A DNA stretch of 64,000 nt from positions 40,227 to 104,226 of the forward strand of contig JAJEIE010000024.1 of NCBI GenBank assembly GCA_022827625.1. The letters are read 5' to 3'. The stretch comes from Candidatus Poribacteria bacterium. Its GTDB lineage: Bacteria > Poribacteria > WGA-4E > WGA-3G. This document shows, in pieces, positions 16,964-27,130 of the stretch. A program made the position numbers and the translations under genes. The notes beneath the pieces are model-generated. The model saw nothing but the letters and a program-made list of their open reading frames with translations. It was not told the origin of the DNA and did no database searches. Each line of letters opens with the position of its first letter. The stretch's first letter is position 1.

Positions 16964-17914
16964 TTATTCCCACTGAAAAACGGTGCCCAACAAACGCATC
17001 GGTGCATCGCGAAGCCATTGATATATCTGGGGTGCTTCATCAATACTTACCCGGTGTCGAATCAGCGGCGCAATCTTGACAGAGCCTTGGCGAAGCAACC
17101 GACAGAGATTTTCCAAATCATCACAAGTGAAGTGACTACACTGAAGGATGCTGATCTCCTTGTGTTGACCGACGTTAAAGGTGTAATTGACATCAAACCG
17201 TCCAGCGACTAAAAGCAGACGGCCCCGAACCTTACAGGCATGAACCATCGGTGTAACCATGTCTGGAACGCCAGCGAAATCCATAATAGCGTCAAAAGTT
17301 CCATCTTGAATCTGTGTTTCCCAACCGTCACCGCTTGTATTGATTACCTGTTCCGCTACACCGAGTTGACGCATCTGTTCTAAGCGTGATTCTTCGATGT
17401 CACAGACTGTGACGCGGGCACCCATAGCGTTGGCAATTTGCGCAGCGAACATCCCGATGCAGCCTTGTCCGACAATAAGCACTTTTTCGCCGATACGCGG
17501 GTCAATTCGGCGACAGCAATGCATTGCTACACCGGAGATACCGAAAAGGGCTGCCTCTCCAGGATCAACGTCCTCTGGCAATTTCAGGAGGAGCCCATCT
17601 TCTGGAATCGTGAACCGCTCGACATGGTTCACGCTGGCGTAGATGAGGTCACCAATCTCAAGGTGCGTTACGTCCGGTCCCGTTTCGATAACTCTGCCGA
17701 CGTTTTGGTATCCATCGGTGGTCGGCAGCCGTGTATCGGAGGCTGAATAGTTGCCACCGATGAGTTGATTCCGTTCCGTTCCGTTGGTAAGACCTGTGAA
17801 GACGGCTTGGCACAGGACTTCGTTCCCGACGGGCGGATCAGGCTCTTTCCAATCAGTAACAACAATCTTTTCACGGCGTTTATCTGGCAATAATTTAACA
17901 ACAAGTGCTCTCAC
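16964..17914 (-). CDS. medium-chain dehydrogenase/reductase (zinc-type alcohol/polyol dehydrogenase family)
   Basis: GroES-like N-domain plus a Rossmann domain with VLIVGQGCIGMFAAQIANAMGARV. Confidence 0.75.
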   Translation of the reverse strand: MRALVVKLLPDKRREKIVVTDWKEPDPPVGNEVLCQAVFTGLTNGTERNQLIGGNYSASDTRLPTTDGYQNVGRVIETGPDVTHLEIGDLIYASVNHVERFTIPEDGLLLKLPEDVDPGEAALFGISGVAMHCCRRIDPRIGEKVLIVGQGCIGMFAAQIANAMGARVTVCDIEESRLEQMRQLGVAEQVINTSGDGWETQIQDGTFDAIMDFAGVPDMVTPMVHACKVRGRLLLVAGRFDVNYTFNVGQHKEISILQCSHFTCDDLENLCRLLRQGSVKIAPLIRHRVSIDEAPQIYQWLRDAPMRLLGTVFQWE

Positions 17915-17967
17915 GATATTGATAACTCCTTACAGAAATTTTTAATACCAAATTCCGTCGGGAACTG

Positions 17968-17992
17968 GTAGGAGGGATTTCCAAATCCCGAC
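17968..17992. repeat. dispersed palindromic repeat, family B (GTAGGAGGGATTTCCAAATCCCGAC)
   Basis: The same 25-mer occurs twice in the tandem repeat at 56401..56510. The core palindrome is GGGATTT-CC-AAATCCC. Confidence 0.7.
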
Positions 17993-18090
17993 TTTCCTTG
18001 CCAACGATAGTGTAAGCGAGACTCGTAGGTTTGTCAAGAATTTTCAGCGTCTCTATTTCTATCGTGTTTCACTTTTTTGAAAAAAATCCG

Positions 18091-18119
18091 TTGACAGATT
18101 GTCAAGTTTTCTGTACAAT
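18091..18119 (+). promoter_or_regulatory. sigma-70 promoter for the aldolase operon
   Basis: TTGACA (18091-18096), a 17-nt spacer, then TACAAT (18114-18119), about 70 nt upstream of the start codon. Confidence 0.55.
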
Positions 18120-18187
18120 TCAAGTTAGAGACAATTAGTTCAGAAGTGATCGACCTCTTTTTATATATTGCACCTTAAGTAAGGAGA

Positions 18188-19072
18188 ATGGGAATGCCGA
18201 AACGCATTAATAAAGCGATCGAATTACTCGAAAATGACCTGCCTGTCTTCTACACTGGCAGTCATACAGGCGCGGCACTCAACTATGACGCAGGTCGCGC
18301 AATGGCGAAAACCTGGGCAGATTATATCAACGTCGGCATGGAACATGGGAGTTTTGATCTTGCTGGATTGGATAATTTTATGCGCGGACTCGCTGATGGC
18401 GGCCCAACGAATAGCGGACATACAACGCCAGCCGTCATTGTTGAGTTACCCGTGGATGGTATCAGCGCAGACGTGATTCGTGCCAACGGTTGGCAAATGC
18501 GGCAACTCCTCGCACGTGGGGTACATGGACTCCTGCTTTGCCACGCTGAATCTCCAGAGGCGGTCAAAGCGTTTGTTGAAGCGTGTCGGTACCCGTTCCA
18601 AACAATAGGCGTTGGGACGCAATTGGATGTCGGACGCCGCGGGTCGGCAGGACAAGGCTCCGCTGCACCTATCTGGGGTGTTTCCGCGAACGAATATCTT
18701 GAGGTCGCTGATCCGTGGCCCCTGAATCCGAAGGGTGAACTTTTGCTCGGACTCAAGTTTGAAAATAAGCGGGCGTTAGCGAACGTTGAGATTACCGCAC
18801 AAGTGCCTGGAATTGCCTTCGCAGAGTGGGGACCCGGCGATATGAGTATGTCGTTTGGCTATATGAACCCGCCAAGTCCGCGCCCACAGGAATTAGAAGA
18901 TGCCCGAAATCGCGTCTTTGCCGCATGCCAAGCCGCTGGCATTCAGTTTTTGGAGAGCACGTCGCCTGATACAATTAAGGAGAGCATTGACGCCGGGGTG
19001 CGAATTACCGGGGGTGGCGAAGAGGCGGCACGCATCGGACGCGCATACGCCGGTAGGGAAATGGCTGTCTAA
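18188..19072 (+). CDS. HpcH/HpaI-family aldolase-like protein
   Basis: Family-like blocks: YINVGMEHGSFD, GVHGLLLCHAESPEAVKAFVEACRYPF, LLGLKFENKRALANVEEI-like and IAFAEWGPGDMSMSFG. The RBS AAGGAGA fits the second ATG (18194) better. Confidence 0.6.
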   Translation: MGMPKRINKAIELLENDLPVFYTGSHTGAALNYDAGRAMAKTWADYINVGMEHGSFDLAGLDNFMRGLADGGPTNSGHTTPAVIVELPVDGISADVIRANGWQMRQLLARGVHGLLLCHAESPEAVKAFVEACRYPFQTIGVGTQLDVGRRGSAGQGSAAPIWGVSANEYLEVADPWPLNPKGELLLGLKFENKRALANVEITAQVPGIAFAEWGPGDMSMSFGYMNPPSPRPQELEDARNRVFAACQAAGIQFLESTSPDTIKESIDAGVRITGGGEEAARIGRAYAGREMAV

Positions 19073-19220
19073 CTGGCTATCGGCTATCAGGTCGCTTCGC
19101 TTTCAGCCATCAGCACGCTTCGCTTTCAGCCATCAGTAAAGACGCAAGCGTTACAGAACGCATCTTTTCTTTGCTGACCGCTGACGACTGATTGCTATTC
19201 CGCTGACCGCTGATAGCCAG
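19073..19220. repeat. 148-bp structured intergenic element with terminal inverted repeats (copy 1)
   Basis: Terminal repeats are CTGGCTATC...GATAGCCAG. Internally it has a direct 23-mer duplication (CGCTTCGCTTTCAGCCATCAG x2) and CTGACCGCTGA x2. It is related to 24857..25002. Confidence 0.5.
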
Positions 19221-19235
19221 AAAGGAAAATTTGAT

Positions 19236-19970
19236 ATGGCATTAACAGAACAGGAAATGTTGGCGGAACTCCGCAAATATGATACACCCTCGATTACGAA
19301 CGTAGTCGCTACGTATCCGGGCAGTCCTCTTTGTCTTGGACTCTATAATCCTTGGACGGAAAATTGGTATACAGATACAACAATCCGTTGTATGTACCCT
19401 GAACTCGGTGCGATTGCTGGCTATGCGGTGACGTGTGTCTACGGCGTGCCGGACCCCAACTATTCCGAACTCTCCTTTATGGATGTTATTGATGCGTTAG
19501 GTGCGTCCAAGCAGCCGACAATTCTGGCATTTGAGCAAAAGTTTCCGCCTGAATTCGAGAACAAGGTCGGCTTGGCAGGGGGCAATATGACTGCAGCGAT
19601 GAAAGCGATCGGGTGTCTCGGAGCGATCTCAAACGGGCCCTCACGCGATATTGACGAAATCCGTCCTATGGAATTCCAATATCTGTTAAGTGGCATCACA
19701 CCCGGGCATGGCGCAATGGCGGTTCAGGCTGTCAACGTCCCGGTCTCAATCGCAGGTATGGATGTCGCACCCGGCGAAATTATCCACATGGATGAAAACG
19801 GTGCGTGCAAGTTTCCTGGGGACAAACTCGAAGCCGTCCTGACCAACGTCAAGGCGTTACTCGCGGAAGAAGGGGATCGCATTGGAAAGCTCCTCTCAGG
19901 ACCGAAGACAGCAAAGCAGGTCCGCGCAATTTTCAGCGGGCACTCTTATGCGGAGGATGATGAGGAATAG
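19236..19970 (+). CDS. RraA-family protein (putative 4-hydroxy-4-methyl-2-oxoglutarate aldolase / oxaloacetate decarboxylase-like)
   Basis: Contains GGNMTAAMKAIGCLGAISNGPSRDIDEI...GDIIHMDENG-like (GEIIHMDENGACKF), the typical RraA-fold pattern. Confidence 0.65.
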   Translation: MALTEQEMLAELRKYDTPSITNVVATYPGSPLCLGLYNPWTENWYTDTTIRCMYPELGAIAGYAVTCVYGVPDPNYSELSFMDVIDALGASKQPTILAFEQKFPPEFENKVGLAGGNMTAAMKAIGCLGAISNGPSRDIDEIRPMEFQYLLSGITPGHGAMAVQAVNVPVSIAGMDVAPGEIIHMDENGACKFPGDKLEAVLTNVKALLAEEGDRIGKLLSGPKTAKQVRAIFSGHSYAEDDEE

Positions 19971-20321
19971 AGGCGTTTTCGTAACTCGCAATGCCGGTTT
20001 CGATTTTGAAATCGGCACGCACTTTTACTTCCAATTAATCTCAAAAAGTGAGAAGCACGTCAAAAATCTCAGAAAATTACTTGTGGAGGTGTAGAAAATC
20101 ATATATAATACTCAACAAGAATATTTTCAGTAAGAAATTCTCTCTAATTTCTGCCTTAGATTGTAAGCACAAATTGCTACCAAGTCCTCGATTGCGTCCC
20201 TTGTGTATTAGGTCTACAAACGGCGCGTTGCAAGGTGAACTTTATAGATTTCTAATATCGTGATGCGAATCTCACCTACCGGGTTCTTTAAAAAATAAAT
20301 AAAAACTAAACAGGATAAGAA

Positions 20322-21599
20322 ATGCACGACGTTTTTGAAACCCTGAATGAACGGGGTTTTGTTAAACAGACTACGAATGCAGAACAGGTCGCACGCCTTC
20401 TATCCGAAGGACAGGTTACCTACTATGTCGGTTTTGATCCGACAGCGTCCAGCCTGCATGTCGGGAGTCTTGTTCCCATAATGGCGATGGCACATCTGCA
20501 ACGCGCCGGACATAAACCGATCGCAATCATCGGTGGCGGCACAACCATGATCGGTGATCCGACCGACAAAACCGAGATGCGTCCGATGCTGTCACAGGAA
20601 AATATCGCAGCGAATGGAAAAAGTATTCTCACGCAGCTCCAGCGTTACCTAAATCTGGATAATGCCATAGCCGATGCGAATGATTCACAGAGTGTCTCGA
20701 AAGTAGGGCGGTTTCTCAACAACGCTGATTGGCTGCTTTCTATAAATTACATCGAGTTTCTACGTGAAATTGGTAAACACTTCCGAGTCAATGAGATGAT
20801 TAAAGCGGAGGGTTATCGACAACGACTTGAGCGCGAACTCGGACTCTCTTTTCTTGAATTTAACTATCAACTTCTCCAGGCGTACGATTATTTGTGTTTG
20901 TTTCGAGCGTATGGATGCCGTCTCCAGTTCGGTGGGGACGACCAGTGGGGCAATATCCTCGCCGGTGTCGATCTCGTCCGCCGGATTGAGGGGGCGCGCG
21001 TACACGGACTCACTTTTCCACTGTTGACGACAGCAAGCGGCACAAAAATGGGAAAAACCGCAGGCGGTGCTGTTTGGCTCGACGCTCAGCGGACATCACC
21101 TTATGAATTTTATCAATACTGGATTAACACGGATGACCGTGATGTCTCTCGCTTCCTCGCATATTTCACCTTCCTTCCGATCGACGAGGTCCGACGACTC
21201 GGAAGTTTAAAGGATGCGGCGATTCGCGAAGCGAAGCAGGTCCTCGCTTATGAAACCACACGACTTGCCCACGGAACAGCAGAAGCAGACAAAGCACAAG
21301 CCGCCTCGCGTGCTGCATTTGGCGGTGGTAATCTTGATGAGGTCGCAATGCCGACGTCGGTGATTGATGCGAATCGACTTGAGAGTGGTATTCCGATTAT
21401 GGAATTGTTTCATGAGGTTGGATTGGCGAATTCCCGCAGCGAAGCGCGACGACTCGTGCAGCAGGGAGGTGCCTACGTCAACGAAAAGCAGTATCGTGAA
21501 ATAGATACGGTCATTAGTACGAATCTGCTGCAGGATAATACCTTGCTGCTCCGCGCTGGCAAAAAACGGTATCATCGAATTATTACTAAAGAAAATTAA
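20322..21599 (+). CDS. tyrS: tyrosine--tRNA ligase
   Basis: HIGH-type motif (SLHVGSLVP), KMSKS-type motif (KMGKTAGG), YQLLQAYDY, and a C-terminal S4 domain. Confidence 0.95.
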   Translation: MHDVFETLNERGFVKQTTNAEQVARLLSEGQVTYYVGFDPTASSLHVGSLVPIMAMAHLQRAGHKPIAIIGGGTTMIGDPTDKTEMRPMLSQENIAANGKSILTQLQRYLNLDNAIADANDSQSVSKVGRFLNNADWLLSINYIEFLREIGKHFRVNEMIKAEGYRQRLERELGLSFLEFNYQLLQAYDYLCLFRAYGCRLQFGGDDQWGNILAGVDLVRRIEGARVHGLTFPLLTTASGTKMGKTAGGAVWLDAQRTSPYEFYQYWINTDDRDVSRFLAYFTFLPIDEVRRLGSLKDAAIREAKQVLAYETTRLAHGTAEADKAQAASRAAFGGGNLDEVAMPTSVIDANRLESGIPIMELFHEVGLANSRSEARRLVQQGGAYVNEKQYREIDTVISTNLLQDNTLLLRAGKKRYHRIITKEN

Positions 21600-21704
21600 T
21601 TATAACGATAGAAATTTTTTATAAGCACGCTGTCAGGCGCGCATCATCAGAAATTGGTTCTCACAGGTTCACTTTTCCCAGTGCACCAGCGAACCTAAAG
21701 AGGT

Positions 21705-24700
21705 ATGAGTATGCATAACGCCAAAGAAGGTGAGAGGAAACCAATGTCTCCGAAACATGATAACAAAGGCGATCAGGTGGGACTCACTTTCACACCCTAC
21801 TTTACGACACCCGGTGTTCACCCTTATGAGCCATTAGAGTGGGAACGCCGTGATGCCGTTATTTACAATGAGAAGGGTGATGTCATTTTTAAACAAGAGC
21901 AAGTTGAAGTCCCAGCAAGTTGGACCCAACTCGCCACAGATATTGCGGCATCAAAATACTTCCGTAAAGCCGGAGTACCCGATACGGAGGCCGAGGATAG
22001 TGTTCGCCAGTTGGTCACTCGTGTCGCGCGCACCCTCCGCCGCGCAGGTGAAGAATTGGGGGGGTATTTTGCCACCCCTGAAGATGCCCAGACCTTTGAG
22101 ATGGAGCTGACACACATCCTCGTTACACAACGCGGTGCTTTCAACTCGCCGGTCTGGTTTAATTGCGGTTTGTGGCATGAGTATAATATTGAAGGGGGCG
22201 GTGGAAATTACTATTGGGACCGCGACGCAAAGAAAGTTGAAACCACTACCAATGCGTACGAACACCCACAAAATTCCGCCTGTTTTATCCAAAGCGTTGA
22301 CGATTCTCTGGATTCCATGTTGGAACTCCAGAAATCTGAAGTACGCCTCTTTAAATACGGCAGCGGCACAGGTTCTAATTTTAGCCGTGTCCGTGCGAAG
22401 GGTGAACTCCTCTCCGGCGGTGGCGAGAGCTCGGGGGTCCTCTCTTTCCTTGAAGGCTTTGACCGGTGGGCAGGCAGCATTAAGTCTGGCGGTACTACCA
22501 GACGCGCAGCCAAAATGGTTATCCTCGACATGGATCATCCGGAGATTGTTGACTACATTGACTGGAAGTCAAGAGAAGAGGATAAAGCAAAGGCACTTAT
22601 CGCTGCCGGATACCCTGCTGACTTCAATGGTGAAGCCTATAGCACTGTCAGTGGGCAGAATAGCAACAACTCTGTGCGGATTCCTGATGATTTCATGAAC
22701 GCTTATCTGCAGGGCGACTCATGGAAAACGACCTATCGGACAAGTGGTGAAGTCGCTGAGGAGTATGATGCCAGAACGCTCATGGAAAAAATTGCCTATG
22801 CTGCATGGGCATGTGCCGACCCAGGCGTTCAATTTGATAGCACGATTCAGAAGTGGCATACTTGCAAAAATACGGATAGAATTAATGCAAGCAATCCCTG
22901 TAGTGAATACCTCTTCTTAGACGATTCTGCTTGCAACCTTGCCAGCATTAACCTCGCTAAATTCTTGGGAGATGATGACAGCTTTGACATTGACGGTTTC
23001 CGCGCGACGGTTCGTGTGTTCATCACTGCCATGGAAATTATAGTCGGTTTCTCTTCCTATCCGACCGCAAGAATAGCACAACGTTCCCACGAGTATCGAC
23101 CCCTCGGACTCGGTTACGCTAATTTAGGTGCGCTTTTGATGCGCCTTGGTATCCCTTACGATAGCGATCAGGCTTGCGCTTATGCCGGTGCCATTACGGC
23201 TATCCTCAGTGGACACGGTTATCAAACAAGCGCAGAGATCGCTAAAAGCGTCGGAACTTTTGAGGGCTATCCGAAGAATCGGGATTCGATGTTAGGCGTT
23301 ATGCAGCTCCACCGCGATGCTGCTTACAGCATTGACACTGCCGCGTGTCCACCAGATCTTTTGGACGCAGCACAAGTCGATTGGGATGTCTGTCTTGAAA
23401 AGGGTGAGCAGTGGGGCTATCGGAACTCACAGATTAGTGTTATCGCGCCTACAGGTACTATCTCTTTCCTCATGGATTGTGACACAACCGGGATTGAACC
23501 GGAATTTGCCCTCGTTAAATTCAAGAAACTCGCAGGCGGCGGATACATGAAAATTGTTAACCAGAGCGTCCGCGATGCCTTACATAACCTCGGCTACACG
23601 CTACAGCAAACCGAGACAATCATTACCTATCTCGTCGGAACGGGGACCTTTGAAGGAACACCCCATATCAATCCTGAGACGCTGAAACAGAAGGGATTCA
23701 CGCAGGCGGATATCGCTCGCGTCGCGGAGACGTTACCGAGCGCGTTTGACTTAAATCTCGCCTTTGCGCCCGGGTTCCTCGGTGAAGAGTGCCTTGAACG
23801 GTTAGGCATAACCGAGAAAGCGGCGGCAGACCCGAGTTTTAACCTCCTTTCTACACTTGGATTTAGTGAAGATGAAATTATTACCGCTGAAGAAGTCATC
23901 TGCGGCACTGGAACGGTTGAGGGCGCCCCCCACCTCTCACCGACTCACTATCCTGTTTTCGATTGTGCCGTCCAATGTGGTAAGCACGGAACCCGCTACA
24001 TAAACCACATGGGACCCTTGAAAATGATGGCGGCTGTCCAACCCTTTATCTCCGGTGCGATTTCTAAGACCGTTAATGTTCCACATGATGCGACAATAGA
24101 TGACATCAAAACGCTATATGTGGAAGCCTGGCGACGCGGTGTGAAATGCCTTGCCGTCTATCGCGACGGTAGCAAAGGCAGTCAACCCCTCTCGACCCGA
24201 AGCCAACAGGATTCGGAAAGTGAGGGAACAGATGTGACGCTATCAGATGCCGAACAACCCGCTGCCCATCCGATCAGGCGACGGTTGCCAGACGAGCGAC
24301 GCGCCATCGCACACAAATTCAGCATTGGTGGGCATGAAGGCTACATCCACGTCGGGCTTTATGAAGATGGAAGTCCTGGGGAAGTCTTCCTCCGTATGAA
24401 TAAGGAAGGCTCCGTCATTTCGGGATTGATGGACTCCGTTGCAATTCTCACTTCTGTCGCTTTACAGTACGGCGTTCCCTTAGAATCGCTGGTCAATAAA
24501 TTCAGCCACGTCCGGTTTGAACCCTCTGGGTTCACATCTAATTCTGAGATCCCAATGGCGAAATCCATTATGGACTATGTCTTCCGGTGGCTTGGCACCA
24601 AGTTTCTCTCTGGGGAACCCCAAGAGAATCAGGAAGTCTTAGACTTTGACGAGCAGATGGTACCGCCTGAAGAACTTCATCCTTTCGGACATGGAAGCAA

Positions 24701-24851
24701 CGGTGAAACGGATTCTTGGCTGGAGCGTGAGAAACAGATTGTTCTCCAACACGCAGATGCCCCGCCGTGCCCCGAATGCGGTGCACTTATGGCGAGAAGC
24801 GGGGTCTGTTATCGCTGTGCCAATTGCGGCGCGACGAGTGGTTGTTCCTAA
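21705..24851 (+). CDS. nrdJ: class II (adenosylcobalamin-dependent) ribonucleoside reductase
   Basis: 1048 aa. Active-site loop NPCSEYLFLDDSACNLASINL, plus ISVIAPTGTISFLMDCDTTGIEPEF and a C-terminal CPECG...CANCG zinc ribbon. Confidence 0.92.
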   Translation: MSMHNAKEGERKPMSPKHDNKGDQVGLTFTPYFTTPGVHPYEPLEWERRDAVIYNEKGDVIFKQEQVEVPASWTQLATDIAASKYFRKAGVPDTEAEDSVRQLVTRVARTLRRAGEELGGYFATPEDAQTFEMELTHILVTQRGAFNSPVWFNCGLWHEYNIEGGGGNYYWDRDAKKVETTTNAYEHPQNSACFIQSVDDSLDSMLELQKSEVRLFKYGSGTGSNFSRVRAKGELLSGGGESSGVLSFLEGFDRWAGSIKSGGTTRRAAKMVILDMDHPEIVDYIDWKSREEDKAKALIAAGYPADFNGEAYSTVSGQNSNNSVRIPDDFMNAYLQGDSWKTTYRTSGEVAEEYDARTLMEKIAYAAWACADPGVQFDSTIQKWHTCKNTDRINASNPCSEYLFLDDSACNLASINLAKFLGDDDSFDIDGFRATVRVFITAMEIIVGFSSYPTARIAQRSHEYRPLGLGYANLGALLMRLGIPYDSDQACAYAGAITAILSGHGYQTSAEIAKSVGTFEGYPKNRDSMLGVMQLHRDAAYSIDTAACPPDLLDAAQVDWDVCLEKGEQWGYRNSQISVIAPTGTISFLMDCDTTGIEPEFALVKFKKLAGGGYMKIVNQSVRDALHNLGYTLQQTETIITYLVGTGTFEGTPHINPETLKQKGFTQADIARVAETLPSAFDLNLAFAPGFLGEECLERLGITEKAAADPSFNLLSTLGFSEDEIITAEEVICGTGTVEGAPHLSPTHYPVFDCAVQCGKHGTRYINHMGPLKMMAAVQPFISGAISKTVNVPHDATIDDIKTLYVEAWRRGVKCLAVYRDGSKGSQPLSTRSQQDSESEGTDVTLSDAEQPAAHPIRRRLPDERRAIAHKFSIGGHEGYIHVGLYEDGSPGEVFLRMNKEGSVISGLMDSVAILTSVALQYGVPLESLVNKFSHVRFEPSGFTSNSEIPMAKSIMDYVFRWLGTKFLSGEPQENQEVLDFDEQMVPPEELHPFGHGSNGETDSWLEREKQIVLQHADAPPCPECGALMARSGVCYRCANCGATSGCS

Positions 24852-24856
24852 AGAAT

Positions 24857-25002
24857 GGCTGTCGGCTTTTAGGTTGCTTCGCTCTCAGCAGTCAGTATTT
24901 GTGACGGTTGCAGATGCTTTTCCGCCACAACGTTTTCTTGCTAATTGCCGATTGCTGAAAGTGAGCGCAGCGAACGCCCCGAGTGCTGACTGCTAACAGC
25001 CG
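24857..25002. repeat. 146-bp structured intergenic element (copy 2)
   Basis: Shares these blocks with 19073..19220 in the same order: GGCTrTCGGCT, GCTTCGCTyTCAGC..TCAG, TTTTCTTGCT and GCTGACyGCT.A.AGCC. It starts 6 nt after the nrdJ stop. Confidence 0.5.
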
Positions 25003-25008
25003 ATTTCC

Positions 25009-25038
25009 TTGTTTTTAAGTGGATAGATGGGATATAAT
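25009..25038 (+). promoter_or_regulatory. sigma-70 promoter for rnpB
   Basis: TTGTTT, an 18-nt spacer, then TATAAT (25033-25038). The predicted start falls about 6-7 nt downstream, at the 5' end of P1. Confidence 0.5.
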
Positions 25039-25044
25039 AGACAG

Positions 25045-25411
25045 GCTTGAGTTGAGTAGATGATCGCGTTCCGAATGTAGCTTACAATCGGAATGAGGAA
25101 AGTCCGGACTCCGTAGGGCAGGATGCTGGGTAACCCCCAGGAGCGGCGACGCTATGGAAAGTGCAACAGAGAGTAGACTACAACGCCTACTTTTAAAGTT
25201 GAGCGTTGTACAGGTGAAACGGTGCGGTAAAAGCGCACCAGTCCATAAGGTGACTTATGGTGCTTGGTAAACCCCATCTGGAGCAAGGTAAATGTGGGAT
25301 TTATAGAGGTGTGCCCGCCTCGTCCCCAGGTAACCGCTTGAGGTGGATGGCAACATCCATCCCAGATGAATGATCATCACATACAGAATCCGGCTTATTC
25401 TCAACTCAAGC
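25045..25411 (+). ncRNA. rnpB: RNase P RNA, bacterial type A
   Basis: P4 strands GAGGAAAGTCCGGAC (about 25095) and ACAGAATCCGGCTTA (25383-25397). P1 pairs GCTTGAGTTGAG (25045-25056) with CTCAACTCAAGC (25400-25411). Also GGTAAAAGCGCACCAG and GGTAAACCCCA elements, followed by TTTTTT. Confidence 0.92.
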
Positions 25412-27010
25412 TTTTTTAACGATTGTGTCTGGGCGGTGTTTCCGTAAAAAACCACCACCCCCCGGTGTCTCAATGCGAATAACATCGCCTTCCTCCATAG
25501 AAACAGAGGCTTTACCGGCTAACTGATGTTCTTTTTTTCCAGAAATTAACACATTACGCCCAGGCTTTCCTTGTTCTCCACCTTGTAAGCCGTAGGGACC
25601 GCGTGTCCGTCGTTCCGAAAGGATCGTGGCCTCCGCGTCTGTTAGTATCCGTAATGCTCGAACAACACCGGCACCACCCCGAAATTTACCTTTACCCCCC
25701 GTTCCGCGACGGATTGCATATTCTACGACTTGCATCGGATAGTTCGTCTCGATCGCTTCTATAGGCGTATTCATCGTATTCGTCATGTGTGTATGGATCG
25801 CATCAATTCCGTCGCTGTTCGGACGCGCACCCATGCCACCCGCAATCGTTTCGTAGTAGGTAAATTCCTTTCCGCGTGAAGCGTCATAACCGCCTATTGT
25901 GAGATTGTTCATCGTACCGGAACTCGCCGCAGGAATCTCGTCCGGACAGGCTTGTGACAACGCACCAAGTAGTACGTCAACAATACGCTGTGATGTTTCA
26001 ACGTTTCCACCGGCGACCGCTGCTGGAAATGTTGCGTTCACAACGCTGCCTTCTGGCGCAATGACCTGAATCGGCTCTAAACACCCTGCATTCGCAGGCA
26101 CATCCGCACCCGCAAGGCAGCGGAAGGTGTAAAAGACCGCCGAGAGGGTGATAGCGTAAATCGCATTGACAGAGCCTCGGACTTGCGGAGCAGTCCCAGT
26201 AAAATCGACGACTGCCGTATCACCTTTAATTTCGATCGCGACGCGGATTTCGATCGGTTCATCCGTGATGCCGTCGTTATCCAAGACATCAGCGTATACG
26301 TAGCGTCCATCGGGAATTTCCCGTAAACGCGCACGTACCATGCGACTCGCATACCCACGCAACTCTTCCATATAGGCAGCAATCTCTGTTGTCCCATACT
26401 TCGTTACCATCTCTTGTAAACGGCGTTCACCGACGCGATTCGCAGCCACTTGTGCCTCTATGTCGCCACGACGCTCTTCTGGGGTGCGTACGTTAGCGAG
26501 TATGAGTTCCCAGAGATCCGTGTTCAACGCACCGCCTCGGACGAGTTTGACAGGTGGAATACGGATGCCTTCCTGAATGACACTCGTTGCAATCGGCATT
26601 GAGCCAGGGCTCATGCCGCCAACATCTGCGTGATGTGCGCGATTGGCAACAAAGAATGCCGGTTGGTTTTTTCCCTGCTGTTCTTTCTTATCTGGAAAGA
26701 CAGGCGCGACCAGTGTAATGTCCGGCAGGTGCGTGCCGCCGCGATATGGATCATTGAGCGCAATCATATCGCCGGGTACCATCTCGGTATGCGCAATCGC
26801 AGCGAGCACCGACAACGGCATAGAACCGAGATGCACTGGAATATGTGCGGCTTGTGCCACCATTTTGCCGGTGTCGTCAAACACAGCACAAGAAAAATCA
26901 AGACGTTCTTTAATGTTAGGGGAAAATGCTGTGCGTCGGAGCGTTACACCCATCTCCTCCGCAACCGAGGTTAGCATGTTTTTGTAAAGTTCTAATTTGA
27001 TAGGATCCAT
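25406..27010 (-). CDS. hydantoinase B / oxoprolinase family protein
   Basis: [20 protein letters not shown] and [16 protein letters not shown] are hallmarks of Hydantoinase_B. No hyuA partner is adjacent. Confidence 0.85.
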   Translation of the reverse strand: MDPIKLELYKNMLTSVAEEMGVTLRRTAFSPNIKERLDFSCAVFDDTGKMVAQAAHIPVHLGSMPLSVLAAIAHTEMVPGDMIALNDPYRGGTHLPDITLVAPVFPDKKEQQGKNQPAFFVANRAHHADVGGMSPGSMPIATSVIQEGIRIPPVKLVRGGALNTDLWELILANVRTPEERRGDIEAQVAANRVGERRLQEMVTKYGTTEIAAYMEELRGYASRMVRARLREIPDGRYVYADVLDNDGITDEPIEIRVAIEIKGDTAVVDFTGTAPQVRGSVNAIYAITLSAVFYTFRCLAGADVPANAGCLEPIQVIAPEGSVVNATFPAAVAGGNVETSQRIVDVLLGALSQACPDEIPAASSGTMNNLTIGGYDASRGKEFTYYETIAGGMGARPNSDGIDAIHTHMTNTMNTPIEAIETNYPMQVVEYAIRRGTGGKGKFRGGAGVVRALRILTDAEATILSERRTRGPYGLQGGEQGKPGRNVLISGKKEHQLAGKASVSMEEGDVIRIETPGGGGFLRKHRPDTIVKKA

Positions 27011-27068
27011 GTTTATGACTTGTCGTTGTTATGTGAGTTTGTAGATAAGGTTGATGTTTAGAAGTTGG

Positions 27069-27097
27069 TTGCATTTTAACATTTTTTCCTATAGTAT
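27069..27097 (+). promoter_or_regulatory. possible sigma-70 promoter
   Basis: TTGCAT (27069-27074), a 17-nt spacer, then TAGTAT (27092-27097), upstream of the oxidoreductase gene. Confidence 0.35.
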
Positions 27098-27130
27098 ACA
27101 AGCAACAAACGACGATTTAGGAGGATACAG

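Noticed and set aside
21600-21704. Cobalamin riboswitch or NrdR boxes upstream of nrdJ.
   Set aside because: I could not find the B12-box or paired 16-bp NrdR palindromes by eye, and the region is only ~100 nt.
25255-25485. 76-aa minus-strand ORF.
   Set aside because: It lies within the RNase P RNA gene.
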